Origin: a bacterium
Lineage (GTDB): Bacteria > Patescibacteriota > Patescibacteriia > Patescibacteriales > UBA12465
Assembly: GCA_030696105.1 (NCBI GenBank)
Contig: JAUYNJ010000004.1
Location: 141,872-205,871 of the forward strand
Length of the DNA stretch: 64,000 nt
Direction: 5' to 3'
Positions within the stretch are counted from its first letter, which is position 1; each line of letters starts with the position of its first letter. The notes beneath the pieces were generated by a model. That model saw only the letters and a program-made list of their open reading frames with translations. It had not been told where the DNA came from and searched no databases. This document shows, in pieces, positions 46,231-56,461 of this stretch. The position numbers were made by a program, and so were the translations under genes.

Positions 46231-48991
46231 GGCTAATAGTGTTTAAGTCTTTATTAGTAATACCAACGCTTAAATATCTCATGATTTGAAAGGCGAGCTC
46301 GCCGTTACCTAGATAATATCTCTTACCATCTTTCGGATTGATATACCAAGCCTCACCATTTTTATGCACCTGTAATAAAATCCTGCCTTTTTGCTTGTTA
46401 GCGAAATTTAAATCGTAGTTCAAGCGGCCAGTGCCCAGCGGATTAAAGCCGTTCTTCACTTCTTCCCCGTCTAAATAACCGTCATTATCGCTATCGCTAT
46501 CATACGGATTTGTCCCAATCGCTACCTCAAGACCATCAGGCAATAAATCGCCATCGCTATCGACGCCGGCAAAACGGGAATCAACGCCAATTGGTATTTT
46601 TGCTAAATCGGCGTCCGTTGCGCCCACGCCAGCGCTACGCATAATGCCAAAGGCAGCGGCGCCGTTAGACATATAATATCTCTTTAAATCTTTGGGATTG
46701 AGATACCAAGCCTGTCCCTTATCTTCAACTTGCAATAAAATATTGCCAGCCATGCGTTTAGAGATTGCGTCGGCGTTAACTGCGCCAACAGCCACGCTTG
46801 CCGGTTTAGACAAGGCGAATCTTTGTCCGCCCGTAATCTGTTGTGACTTCACCATCTTAATGCTGATATTATTTGTACCACCATTAATTGCCCAGAAAGC
46901 CTGCCCGAATTCACCCTGAGCCTTATCGATATATGAAATTAAGTATGGACCTTCGCCAAGCAAAGCTTCACCTAGACGATTTGCACTGAGCTTTACCGTG
47001 CCGACCTCCTTGTCTTTATAATACCCACCCTTATTCTCATATAAAGAATATACTTTTAGACTTGTGCCGGCGGCGAGTAATTCACCAACAGCGTTAGCGA
47101 GTGTTATCTTAGTTGTATTCAAAACTAAGTCGGAGCGATTTGCCTGCCGATCAACAATGTTTATATTCCAAAATATCGCCTCATTACCAAGCGAATCCTT
47201 AGTAACCGCGGCATAGGTTCCGGCCGGATATTCAAGTTGCACGTTTCCGGAATCGTCAGTCTTACCACTCGTTAGTAATGCTCCTAGCGCTAGCTGACCA
47301 TTATTATTTGCCTGCGTATATAGTTTTACATCTTTACCCGCTTGCGCCTGACCAGCGGCATTACGAAGGGTGAGCGACAAATTACTAAATACGTATTCAA
47401 AAGTCGCATTGCTATCCGCTGAGACGGCAATATTATAGGCATCAAAGACACTCTTACCTGATGAAGCGGAGAAAACATATAAACCGCGTTTATTTAAATC
47501 GTAAGGATGACGCGGGGCGACGTAAACCGTAGCCGCTCCGTCTTCGCCAGTCTTCAAACTTGATATTAAACGCTTCGTATCTTTTACCGGCTTGTTATCG
47601 GCGTCATATGTTTGCTCATAGAGCGAGAAGGAATAATTTTTTTTCAAATTACCACTGCCGTCACGCAAAATAATTCTTAAATATGGCAGGCTTTTGTTCA
47701 TTGTGCGGTCAGCACCACAAACAAAGCGAACGCTGTCAAAGAACCAGAATTCACCGACATCACTTTTTTTCTCGTACACTTTTAAAGCGTAGTTTTTTCT
47801 AGGGTCTGGTTTAAATGAAAGCTCAGCGCGACCGGTCGCACTCGATGTGCCGGCGCCAACCTTTTTCCCGACGGCTGGTCGCCCAAAGGTATCAAGCTCT
47901 TGTTCATATAACTCATATCTAAAACCTGATAAGGGCGAACCATTGATCCCCATTAAATTGAGAATAAATTTTGAACTCGTCTGACAGGTTTCGGTACCCG
48001 CCTGCCAAGTTGTCCCGACATTCCACTCATATTCATTGAGTTGACCGTCATTTATTTCAACGTCCCAGAGATAATCATATTCACCATTACTACCTTTAAC
48101 CCCCAGCACGTAAACGCTCGCCGGATTTTCAAAAATACCGTAACCATCATCAAGGGTTAAAAATTCTCCAATTTTATCACCGCGCACATTATTGTTATTG
48201 CTATCAACGACCTGCTCCCAGACTTCTACCTTCGTCTTTCCTGGAAATAATGCCCCGACCGCCGTACGCAAGGTCACTTTTAAGGCACTGGAATAATAAT
48301 TAACATTAGTCATCTGCCCATCAATGACTTTAATATTATACAAACTAAATTTCTTATTATTCCGCGTTATTTCAAGCACATAATCATCGCTTTGCACGCC
48401 ATCAAGGCTACGGACACTGCCCTGCGGCACATACAGCGAGACGGCTCCCGAGACACCAGTGTTTAAACTAGCGACTAAGTCCTTGGTTTGCTTGACGGCA
48501 TTGCCGTCCGCGTCGTAGCGCTGAGTATAAATACTAAGAGCGGTGTTATATAACAAATTGCCATCGTAATCACGCAAGACGATATTTATGCCGCTTAAAG
48601 TTTTCTCTAAGTTTGCTTGCTGTCCGCAAGACAAATCAAGGCCGTAATACCAGAAGCTTGTATACTCTTTCGTGATTGACTGTATTTTTAAAGCATAGGT
48701 CGCACTCTCGGCGCCACTGTTTCGAAATTTCAAAGTCGCGATACCGGTATTCGCGTTCGCCGTGGCGGATGTGGCTCTTGTGCCTGGCTTAGGATCGCCG
48801 TTTGCATCAGTTACTTGATAATATAATTCCGCCTTAACACCTGGAATATAAGAGCCGCCGCTGTCACGTGCAACCACGTCCAACTGTGTGTCGATGTCAC
48901 ATACAGCCGCGGAAACTTGAGGCGCAGAGACAAATAAATAAAATCCAGCAACAATCAGTGCTAGAGGAAAGATTTTTTTTAGCTTAGTCAT
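46220..48991 (-). CDS. Large secreted repeat protein (beta-sandwich repeats, TSP3-like Ca-binding stretch, two C-terminal WY..NPKD.KRYY modules)
   Basis: 923 aa with a signal peptide. At least seven repeats of the pattern (Y/W)(E/T)Q..D..G.P(V/A)...T...G.A.L. DSDGDLLPDGLE...DSDSDNDGYLDGEEV. Duplicated GxILLQV..(K/N)G(Q/E)AWY(L/I)NPKD.KRYY. Confidence 0.7.
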   Translation of the reverse strand: MTKLKKIFPLALIVAGFYLFVSAPQVSAAVCDIDTQLDVVARDSGGSYIPGVKAELYYQVTDANGDPKPGTRATSATANANTGIATLKFRNSGAESATYALKIQSITKEYTSFWYYGLDLSCGQQANLEKTLSGINIVLRDYDGNLLYNTALSIYTQRYDADGNAVKQTKDLVASLNTGVSGAVSLYVPQGSVRSLDGVQSDDYVLEITRNNKKFSLYNIKVIDGQMTNVNYYSSALKVTLRTAVGALFPGKTKVEVWEQVVDSNNNNVRGDKIGEFLTLDDGYGIFENPASVYVLGVKGSNGEYDYLWDVEINDGQLNEYEWNVGTTWQAGTETCQTSSKFILNLMGINGSPLSGFRYELYEQELDTFGRPAVGKKVGAGTSSATGRAELSFKPDPRKNYALKVYEKKSDVGEFWFFDSVRFVCGADRTMNKSLPYLRIILRDGSGNLKKNYSFSLYEQTYDADNKPVKDTKRLISSLKTGEDGAATVYVAPRHPYDLNKRGLYVFSASSGKSVFDAYNIAVSADSNATFEYVFSNLSLTLRNAAGQAQAGKDVKLYTQANNNGQLALGALLTSGKTDDSGNVQLEYPAGTYAAVTKDSLGNEAIFWNINIVDRQANRSDLVLNTTKITLANAVGELLAAGTSLKVYSLYENKGGYYKDKEVGTVKLSANRLGEALLGEGPYLISYIDKAQGEFGQAFWAINGGTNNISIKMVKSQQITGGQRFALSKPASVAVGAVNADAISKRMAGNILLQVEDKGQAWYLNPKDLKRYYMSNGAAAFGIMRSAGVGATDADLAKIPIGVDSRFAGVDSDGDLLPDGLEVAIGTNPYDSDSDNDGYLDGEEVKNGFNPLGTGRLNYDLNFANKQKGRILLQVHKNGEAWYINPKDGKRYYLGNGELAFQIMRYLSVGITNKDLNTISLGQ

Positions 48992-49099
48992 AATACCTTA
49001 TATAATAATCCTTATTTTACGTACAACGCTTTAATTATACCACATTGCGCCTGCTTCCGCCAAACGAAAAACAGGCTGTATTAGCCTGTTTTATTATGC

Positions 49100-50449
49100 T
49101 TAGGGCAAGATGAATTCTTCTTCTAAATTATATATTTCTGTCGGCAGCGAGAGCTCATAAGTTCGCCCGGTCACCCGGCTGCGCTCGAGGGTCAGATTAA
49201 CACTGCGGGGAGCTTCGTAGTCGGTACCAAGAATGGCGCTGACGCTTAAGTCGACGCTAGTCCCGGCCGGAATGCGGAGGTAATTTACATCAAAGACAAT
49301 GCGATTACTTTCCATTCTTCGCGCCGTTGCCACTACCCGCTCGCCCTGCTTTAACTTAAATGACTCTAAGTCTCGACGGGAAGCGCTTCCACTATTTCTA
49401 AATACTAATTCTTTAATATATACGTCTTCCCGCCCGCTTGTTTCGGTAATGGTAAATTTACCGAGATTTTTCTGAGTACCGGCCCCATTCAGACTCTGCT
49501 CATCAACACGAGTGGAGCCAAGAATTTGTCCGGCTTCAATCATTTTAAACTCACTACTATGCAGCGGAAAAGCGCCCGTCGCTAAATGCGTTGCCTCGAC
49601 ACTACTAGCGTCAACAAGGGTAAAGCGCAAATTTTGATTGGCGACACCGGCAATATTATATAAATTAAGCATCACTTTTAATTCCAGAGTGCTGTTGGGG
49701 GTAATTGTGGCCTCATTCGGATTAACATGAAGCACGAGGGTGCGATCACGTAAACTCTTGCCACCGCGGACACGTTCGCCCGTTACGCTGTTTAATAAAT
49801 ATACTTCATCAATTAAGGCATCGTTGAATAAACCTTCTAACTTGAAGGTGAGACGCTGCAAGCTTGCGCCTTCATTTCCGGCAGACAGGCGAATAATCAT
49901 TACATTATTATCAGCCGTTCCCGGAACAAGCACCTGACCATAATTGGCGTTGCGCACTAAGACTTGTGAAACGTTAAGGCCCTCAGTTTTATCTAAACCA
50001 GCCGACTGATATGTTTCCGTTTCCTCATATTGTGATAATTCAAAGTCAGACACAGTAATCGGGGACACCATTTCTAAATTATAGTTGCGCAAATCATCAA
50101 GTCCATTAATACGCACCTTCTTACCAGAACTAATATAATATAAGTCCTTACTGCCCTCAGTTTTAATAAGGCGCGCTTCGGCCCATTTACTTAACTCTTC
50201 CGGGCTAATCGTTTTAACATCATTAAAATCATTGCCGTAATCTAAAAATACAGCCTCGTTGATATAGACTTTTCGTTGCCCCGTTGCGTGATTTAGGTAA
50301 TATACGGCCGGATTTCCTGGCACTTTTACTTGCGTAATATCCGGACTTAAGGCACTTACTTCCCTAATATTAAGGAAAAGGACCACAATAAACAGGCCAA
50401 TGAGGCCGATTGAGGTGGAAAAAACCTTGTTTCTATTTAATTTAAGCAT
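49100..50449 (-). CDS. Secreted/anchored hypothetical protein
   Basis: 449 aa. N-terminal TM or signal. PAVYYLNHATGQRKVYINEAVFLDYG module followed by beta-rich sequence. No recognised catalytic motif. Confidence 0.6.
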   Translation of the reverse strand: MLKLNRNKVFSTSIGLIGLFIVVLFLNIREVSALSPDITQVKVPGNPAVYYLNHATGQRKVYINEAVFLDYGNDFNDVKTISPEELSKWAEARLIKTEGSKDLYYISSGKKVRINGLDDLRNYNLEMVSPITVSDFELSQYEETETYQSAGLDKTEGLNVSQVLVRNANYGQVLVPGTADNNVMIIRLSAGNEGASLQRLTFKLEGLFNDALIDEVYLLNSVTGERVRGGKSLRDRTLVLHVNPNEATITPNSTLELKVMLNLYNIAGVANQNLRFTLVDASSVEATHLATGAFPLHSSEFKMIEAGQILGSTRVDEQSLNGAGTQKNLGKFTITETSGREDVYIKELVFRNSGSASRRDLESFKLKQGERVVATARRMESNRIVFDVNYLRIPAGTSVDLSVSAILGTDYEAPRSVNLTLERSRVTGRTYELSLPTEIYNLEEEFILP

Positions 50450-50577
50450 AATTTTATCAATTTATAGACACTTTCGACTTAGTCCAAGTATAGCACATTT
50501 ATATATACTTGTCAAGGTATGGTGAGCAATAAGTAATTGCTTTTCGGTTCGCTTGTGCTATCATTTAAGCATAAATA

Positions 50578-51914
50578 TGAAACATCAAATCAAAAAATTC
50601 ATCTTTCTGCTCGGTGATTTATTTGTGTTACACGCCGCTCTCGCCCTGACTTTGTTCGTCCGCTACCGTCTCATTGGTGGCGTTGGTGGCGTCGCCCCCT
50701 ATTGGCAGGCTCACTGGGGATATTTCGCCGGCGTATTTGTTATCTTCATCCTCTCTTTCTATATTAATGACCTATACAGCTTGCGGCGCATGGCCTCGGC
50801 TCGTCTTTTTGCTAAGCAGACGATTAATAGTGTCATTGCCGCCTCCCTGCTCGCCGTCATCTATTTCTACATCTACCCCCGCGTTGATATTGCCCCAAAA
50901 ACCAACCTCGCCATCTTCGCTGTCATTGCCTTTATCGGCTTTTTGATTTGGCGTCGCCTCGCTTTTTGGATGACGCAAACTGATACCTGGCAAAATAATC
51001 TCGGCATCATTGGTTATAATGAGGAGGCAGCCGCTTTAATTGCCGACTTACAAAGCCGCCCCAGCCTTGGTTATCAAACAGCACTTGTCTTTCGTAGTTT
51101 AGAAGACTTGCATCAGCTCGAAACACAGATAAGAGAGAAAAACATTCGCACGCTAGTGCTGGTTGATGATTTTGAGAGTAATCCCGAACTGCGCCAAGCC
51201 TTATTTGCCTTATTACGTCATCAAGTAACATATTTTTCCTACGAAGATTTTTACGAAATGCTAAATCAGAAGGTGCCGGTCGCCAGTATTAATCAGAACT
51301 GGTTTTTAGAGAATTTAAGGGAGGGTGAAAAGAAATATTTTGATAGCATAAAGAGATTGAGTGATCTTGCTCTCGCTTTTTTTGGCTTAATAATTTCGCT
51401 GCCCTTCTGGCCCCTTATTGCCGTCCTCGTAAAGCTCGGCAGTCGCGGGCCGGTATTCTTTACTCAAAACCGAGTCGGCAAAAATGGCTTGATTTTCAAA
51501 TTATATAAGTTCCGTTCCATGCGGGTCGCTAATAATGATTTTGCGATGACGACTGAAAATGATGCCCGCATTAGCGCGAGCGGCCGCTTCCTGCGCACTT
51601 CACGGCTTGATGAGATCCCACAGCTATTAAATATTATTAAGGGCGAGATGAGCTTTATCGGCCCACGTCCCGAGAGACCGGAATTATCGACTGAACTAGA
51701 AGAGAAAGTTCCCTTCTATACAACGAGACTACTCATTAAACCCGGACTAACAGGCTGGGATCAGATATCGGGTGAATATCATTCCCCGAGCATTGAAGAC
51801 ACTTTAAAGAAATTACAAAACGACCTGTACTACATCAAGCACCGGTCGCTATACTTAGACTTCTCGATTATTCTCAAGACGGTTGCTACTGTCTTGGGGA
51901 GAAGGGGGAGGTAA
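50578..51914 (+). CDS. Polyprenyl-phosphate glycosyl-1-phosphate transferase (WbaP/bacterial sugar transferase family)
   Basis: Start taken at MKHQIKK (50578). Four to five N-terminal TM segments. C-terminal KRLSDLALAF...FFTQNRVGKNG..FKLYKFRSM...DEIPQLLNIIKGEMSFIGPRPERP. Confidence 0.85.
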
Positions 51915-51964
51915 ATTGAAAGTTATAATTATAAAATTTTGAAATAACTATCCATGTAAACCAT

Positions 51965-52630
51965 ATGATACTTCGTAAGTTAAAAAAAATATTGTTACGA
52001 CCCAGTATTTTAAGTAATTATATAAAATACAAAATACTTTCAATTTTTGCAAAAAAAACTCTCAACTCAGGCGAGAGATATGATCCGAAATTATTTCGCG
52101 CTGTCAGACTTTCTGACAACACGCAAGAAATAAGGTATACATTTCTAAAAAAGCACATCAGTCGGAATGACTCTGTACTCGATATTTCATGCGGAACTGG
52201 TTATGGAACAAAAATTATTTCAGGCTACTGTAACAAGGTGAGAGGTTATGATATTTCATCATCAGCAATCGCTTACGCTACACGTCATTATGCGGGTGAT
52301 AATGTCAATTTTTTTGTTAGTGATTTTTTTCAAATAAACGACCACGCGGACATAGTTGTATCATTTGAGACGATTGAGCATATTAAGGCTGATTTAGACT
52401 TAATTCTTCAGAGACTAAAGAGTTTGTGCTCAAAAAAAGTGATTATAAGTGCGCCTTATATGGAAATGGAAGGTATAAATAAACATCATTATCATTCACA
52501 GATAAATGAAAAGACATTCTCATCGCTTGGAGATAACTTAGAATTTTACTATCAGACAAAAGATGGTATTTATGAAGAAAAACCTGAGGAAATAAGCATA
52601 CAAAATATCATAGTTATTAAAAATTTCTAG
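51965..52630 (+). CDS. Class I SAM-dependent methyltransferase
   Basis: 221 aa. Motif I VLDISCGTGYGTKII, and post-I GYDIS. Confidence 0.8.
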   Translation: MILRKLKKILLRPSILSNYIKYKILSIFAKKTLNSGERYDPKLFRAVRLSDNTQEIRYTFLKKHISRNDSVLDISCGTGYGTKIISGYCNKVRGYDISSSAIAYATRHYAGDNVNFFVSDFFQINDHADIVVSFETIEHIKADLDLILQRLKSLCSKKVIISAPYMEMEGINKHHYHSQINEKTFSSLGDNLEFYYQTKDGIYEEKPEEISIQNIIVIKNF

Positions 52631-52632
52631 CT

Positions 52633-53550
52633 ATGTCGGATAACAGCATCACAATTACTTTTCCTTGTTTTAACCAACCGGAATTACTCAAAGAGGCTGT
52701 AAAGCAACTTGAGGACTATCAATCGGTAAGAAAAGTAATAATTGACGATTGCAGCCCTTTATCATATAAAGACTTCGAATGCGAGGAATGTAACATTGAA
52801 TATGTAAGAAATGAAGTAAATCTCGGAGCGATAAATAATATGATAAAGTGTATTTTTTTTGAAAGCAAAACGGATTACATTATATGTCACCACGAAGATG
52901 ACGCACTTCATAAGGAATATTTGAAAATTGCGATAGACTTATTAGATGCAGACCAAAGTTTGGCGTTTGTGACATGCGAATCAATGCTGTTTACTAACTC
53001 GATTCCGGCCAACAAGGAAATAACAAGAACTGCTGTAAAAAAAATGGATAGGCATACTTTTGTTATGTTTGCAGCAGAGAATAATAACTTTGCTTTTGGG
53101 TCAACAGTATATAGGAGAAAATTCCTAGACAATAGCAAGGTAAACCTCAGGGATTATTCCATGCTTTTTGACAGACCTTTTCTGGCAGATCTACTTTCTG
53201 AGAACATTCATGGAGCCGTTATCTCTGATCCATTATATTTTTACAGACATCACCCTTATCCAGATAATCGGTGGAAGGGTTTAAAAATTACAAATATTTA
53301 TAATTTATATAAGTTCTATAGGGATGGCGGTGGCACTAAACTTGTTTCAAGATATTTTTTCGATTTTGCTGGACTGGATAATAAGACTTTTCCAGACTAT
53401 ATCTTTTTTATTAAAACATTACCTGAGCTAATAACTCCCGGTATTCCCCGTATACAGTCTTTAAAGTATTTTTCAGCCGCTGTTTTCATTATGCTTTTTG
53501 GCAAAAAGCAATATAGCCTCGTCTTTAATAGACTTAAAAAGATCCAATGA
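52633..53550 (+). CDS. GT2-like glycosyltransferase
   Basis: 305 aa. ITITFPCFNQPELL...VIIDDCSP...HHEDDAL. Confidence 0.7.
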   Translation: MSDNSITITFPCFNQPELLKEAVKQLEDYQSVRKVIIDDCSPLSYKDFECEECNIEYVRNEVNLGAINNMIKCIFFESKTDYIICHHEDDALHKEYLKIAIDLLDADQSLAFVTCESMLFTNSIPANKEITRTAVKKMDRHTFVMFAAENNNFAFGSTVYRRKFLDNSKVNLRDYSMLFDRPFLADLLSENIHGAVISDPLYFYRHHPYPDNRWKGLKITNIYNLYKFYRDGGGTKLVSRYFFDFAGLDNKTFPDYIFFIKTLPELITPGIPRIQSLKYFSAAVFIMLFGKKQYSLVFNRLKKIQ

Positions 53551-53644
53551 TTGTTCAACGTAAATAGAGGCTATTAATTTTGTAAAGCTGCCACTTCTTT
53601 ATCTGGCGAGGCCACAACTGTTCTAAATCATTAACTTAAGAAAG

Positions 53645-54412
53645 ATGCAAAAAATAAAAAACATAATCAAGTCGGTAATATCTATAACATATTTCCCATG
53701 GTTGGTGACCGTTGCTTTAAGGAAATTAGTAAAGTCAACGAATAGTATTAACTTTACGCCTGAAGAGGCATACAATTGGACAGAACAATTCAGGGTAGGC
53801 CCCATTGTCAGAGGGTTTAATATAAATTTCCGTTCCTCACAAATCAAAGAAGAGATTATAAGTTTAATGACCGAAGTTAGAGAAAGAGCGCCTAGAATAG
53901 TTCTTGAAATCGGCACCGCCACGGGTGGCACCCTCTTTATGCTGGCGAAAGCAGCTGCGCCTGATGCAAAGATAATCAGCATCGACCTGCCATTTGGTCG
54001 CTATGGGGCGGGCTACCTTAAATATAGAATACCACTCATGCAAGCCTTTGCCAGCTCAAACCAGACATTAGAACTTTTACGACTTGACTCCCACTCTCAA
54101 GAAACTATTAATGAGTTAAAAGAAATAATCGGAGATGAAAAAATAGATTTCTTATTTATTGATGGAGACCATAGCTATGAGGGCGTAAAATCTGATTTTG
54201 AAAATTACTATCCCTTAGTAAAACCTGGAGGGTTAATTGCATTCCACGATATTGTAACTAACGATTTAGATCCCTCATTCGGCACTCAGCGCTTTTGGCA
54301 GGAAATAAAGGGGCGTTTTGAACATAAGGAATATATAAAAGAAAATCGTGGCAATAGCGGTTGTGGGATAGGTCTAATCAAAAAACCCGCAATCACTATC
54401 AAACAAATATGA
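53645..54412 (+). CDS. SAM-dependent methyltransferase, CmcI/Methyltransf_24-like
   Basis: 255 aa. VLEIGTATGGTLFMLA, FIDGDHSYEGVKSDFENYYPLVKPGGLIAFHDI. Confidence 0.8.
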   Translation: MQKIKNIIKSVISITYFPWLVTVALRKLVKSTNSINFTPEEAYNWTEQFRVGPIVRGFNINFRSSQIKEEIISLMTEVRERAPRIVLEIGTATGGTLFMLAKAAAPDAKIISIDLPFGRYGAGYLKYRIPLMQAFASSNQTLELLRLDSHSQETINELKEIIGDEKIDFLFIDGDHSYEGVKSDFENYYPLVKPGGLIAFHDIVTNDLDPSFGTQRFWQEIKGRFEHKEYIKENRGNSGCGIGLIKKPAITIKQI

Positions 54413-55334
54413 GCGAATCCTTTGAAACACCCATCCTTTTCTTAATATTCAATCGTCCCCTGGAAACAGCTGCGATTTGGGATAGACTAAGGGAAATCAA
54501 ACCTAAAAATCTTTATATTGCCGCCGACGGACCACGACCTAAAACCACCAAGACGAGTTATCTTGTGCCGCCACCCGAAAGATTGTAACCGAAGGTTTAG
54601 ATTGGGACTGCACCCCTCGTTATCTATTTAGAGAATCAAATCTAGGCTGTGGCCAAGCTATTCAGTCGGCGATTTCCTGGTTTTTCGAGCAGGTTCCTGC
54701 TGGAATAATTTTAGAAGATGACTGTCTTCCCCACAATGATTTTTTTGCTTTTTGCGAGCAGCTACTAGAACGATATCATAATCAAGATGAAGTATTCTTA
54801 ATTAGCGGCATTAGTGTGCCTAGTGTTTTTCAGGAGGCACCTGAGGCTGATTATTTTTTTACCTATATTCCTAGCGTTTGGGGCTGGGCGACATGGAAAC
54901 GCTCATGGGATAAATATGATTTTCATCTTACTACTTTCGACGAATATGATAAGTCTAGAGATATTGAGAAGATTTTTCCTAAACGAAGTCATCAAAAATA
55001 TTGGTTAAACTATTTTTATGAAATTAAAAATAGGAAGATAAATAACTGGGATTACCAATTAGCATATACTTCCTTCAAAAATAAGGGTCTCTGCATCCGT
55101 CCTCGCGTTAATTTAGTTCAAAATCTGGGTATGACTCTTACCAATGGGAAGAGCAAGACGTTGGAGTGCTCTTATCCCTTAACTATCACGACTCATCCCG
55201 ATATTGCGAGGCCAGACAGAAGCGCTGATTTAGCTATCATGAAAGCATTGACTGCGCCATTGCATCAATTTAAATTCTTTTTAAAAAAGGTTGGATTATT
55301 TTACATCCTGAAAAAAATATATAAAAAACTATGA
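54409..55334 (+). pseudogene. Glycosyltransferase (nucleotide-diphospho-sugar transferase fold) split by a 1-nt frameshift at an A4 run
   Basis: MSESFETPILFLIFNRPLETAAIWDRLREIKPKNLYIAADGPRP continues in the +2 frame from 54543 as NHQDELSCAATRKIVTEGLDWDCTPRYLFRESNLGCGQAIQSAISWFFEQVPAGIILEDDCLP...SVWGWATWKRSW to 55334. The A-run is at 54541-54544. ATGA overlap with the upstream gene. Confidence 0.75.
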
Positions 55335-56461
55335 GGCTTGGGGTATTCTTAGAAAACTTCACCGCGACAGAATTAACAAAAGACCCCGGTCTAATTACCT
55401 TGGGGTTGATTGAGGAAGGAATCGACGTAAAGGTGTTTTCACATCATGCAGCCACTGAAGTTAGCCGCATATTTTCGACCTCTATACTGAGCGAAGCTCA
55501 ACGCAATGAACCAAATTATTGGAAAGAGTCCGAAATTGACTCCCTGATAATATACTCTTGGCTGTCTCTGCGTTATTCTAAAATGATATCGGCAGCGAAG
55601 GAAGCGGGGGTAAGAGTGATTTTAAAATTAGATTCAGATGGATATTTGATATATCCGTTAAAGCCAAGCTACCTGAAAGTATTCGGATTAAACAAAGGGA
55701 TTGCCTCAAAGATGGTTCATCTTGTACGGATGGCTCAATGGACACTCTTCCCACGAATTATCAGCAGAATAAAAATAAAGCAAATTCAAACCAGCGATGC
55801 TGTTATTATTGAAACTCCGGTCGCAGCAGACAATTTAAAAAAATCTCTTCTCTTTTGGAAACGAGAGGATTTAATCGACAAAATTAAAATCATCCCGAAC
55901 CCCGTTTCGAACTGGCCCAAGGATATCACTACTAAACAAAATATAATAACTGCTATTGGGCGATGGGATGACACGAGAAAGAATGCGACGGCTCTGGTTA
56001 GGACGCTTTCAGGTTTGAAGTGTGATTGGCAAATACATTTAATCGGGAATGGATCAGAGAAATTAGCAGCACAAATTCTTGAAAAAAACCCAAGAACTAA
56101 TATTCGCTCATCTGAAAAAAAACCCCACACCGAAGTTTTCCAGGATCTTGCGGAAACTAAAATACTCTTTGCCCCATCAGTCGCCGAAAGCTATAACCTT
56201 GCTGTTGCGGAAAGCCTTTGTTGCGGCTGTTCATTTGTAGGCGGACCCCTCACAAGCTTTCAGTATTTCTCAAACAACGGTTTTAGCGGTCGCCTCACAT
56301 CTGACCTAAAAACAGAATCCTTTATTGAAGCCTTATACGATGAAATAAATAAATGGAATAGTGAAGATTACGACCCCGCAATCATAGCGTCATATTGGCA
56401 AAAAGAACTAAGCCCCTCTCGGATTAGTCGAATAATAATCGATATAATGGCCTCTTTATGA
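55331..56461 (+). CDS. GT4-like glycosyltransferase
   Basis: 376 aa. GT-B-like C-terminal half with FAPSVAESYNLAVAESLCCGCSFVGG. Confidence 0.6.
   Translation: MRLGVFLENFTATELTKDPGLITLGLIEEGIDVKVFSHHAATEVSRIFSTSILSEAQRNEPNYWKESEIDSLIIYSWLSLRYSKMISAAKEAGVRVILKLDSDGYLIYPLKPSYLKVFGLNKGIASKMVHLVRMAQWTLFPRIISRIKIKQIQTSDAVIIETPVAADNLKKSLLFWKREDLIDKIKIIPNPVSNWPKDITTKQNIITAIGRWDDTRKNATALVRTLSGLKCDWQIHLIGNGSEKLAAQILEKNPRTNIRSSEKKPHTEVFQDLAETKILFAPSVAESYNLAVAESLCCGCSFVGGPLTSFQYFSNNGFSGRLTSDLKTESFIEALYDEINKWNSEDYDPAIIASYWQKELSPSRISRIIIDIMASL

Noticed and set aside
50553-50577. Upstream alternative start (MCYHLSINM...) for the sugar transferase.
   Set aside because: It is a non-ATG start that adds eight atypical residues. 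The ATG at 50578 (MKHQIKK) follows a TGcTATCAT extended -10-like element.
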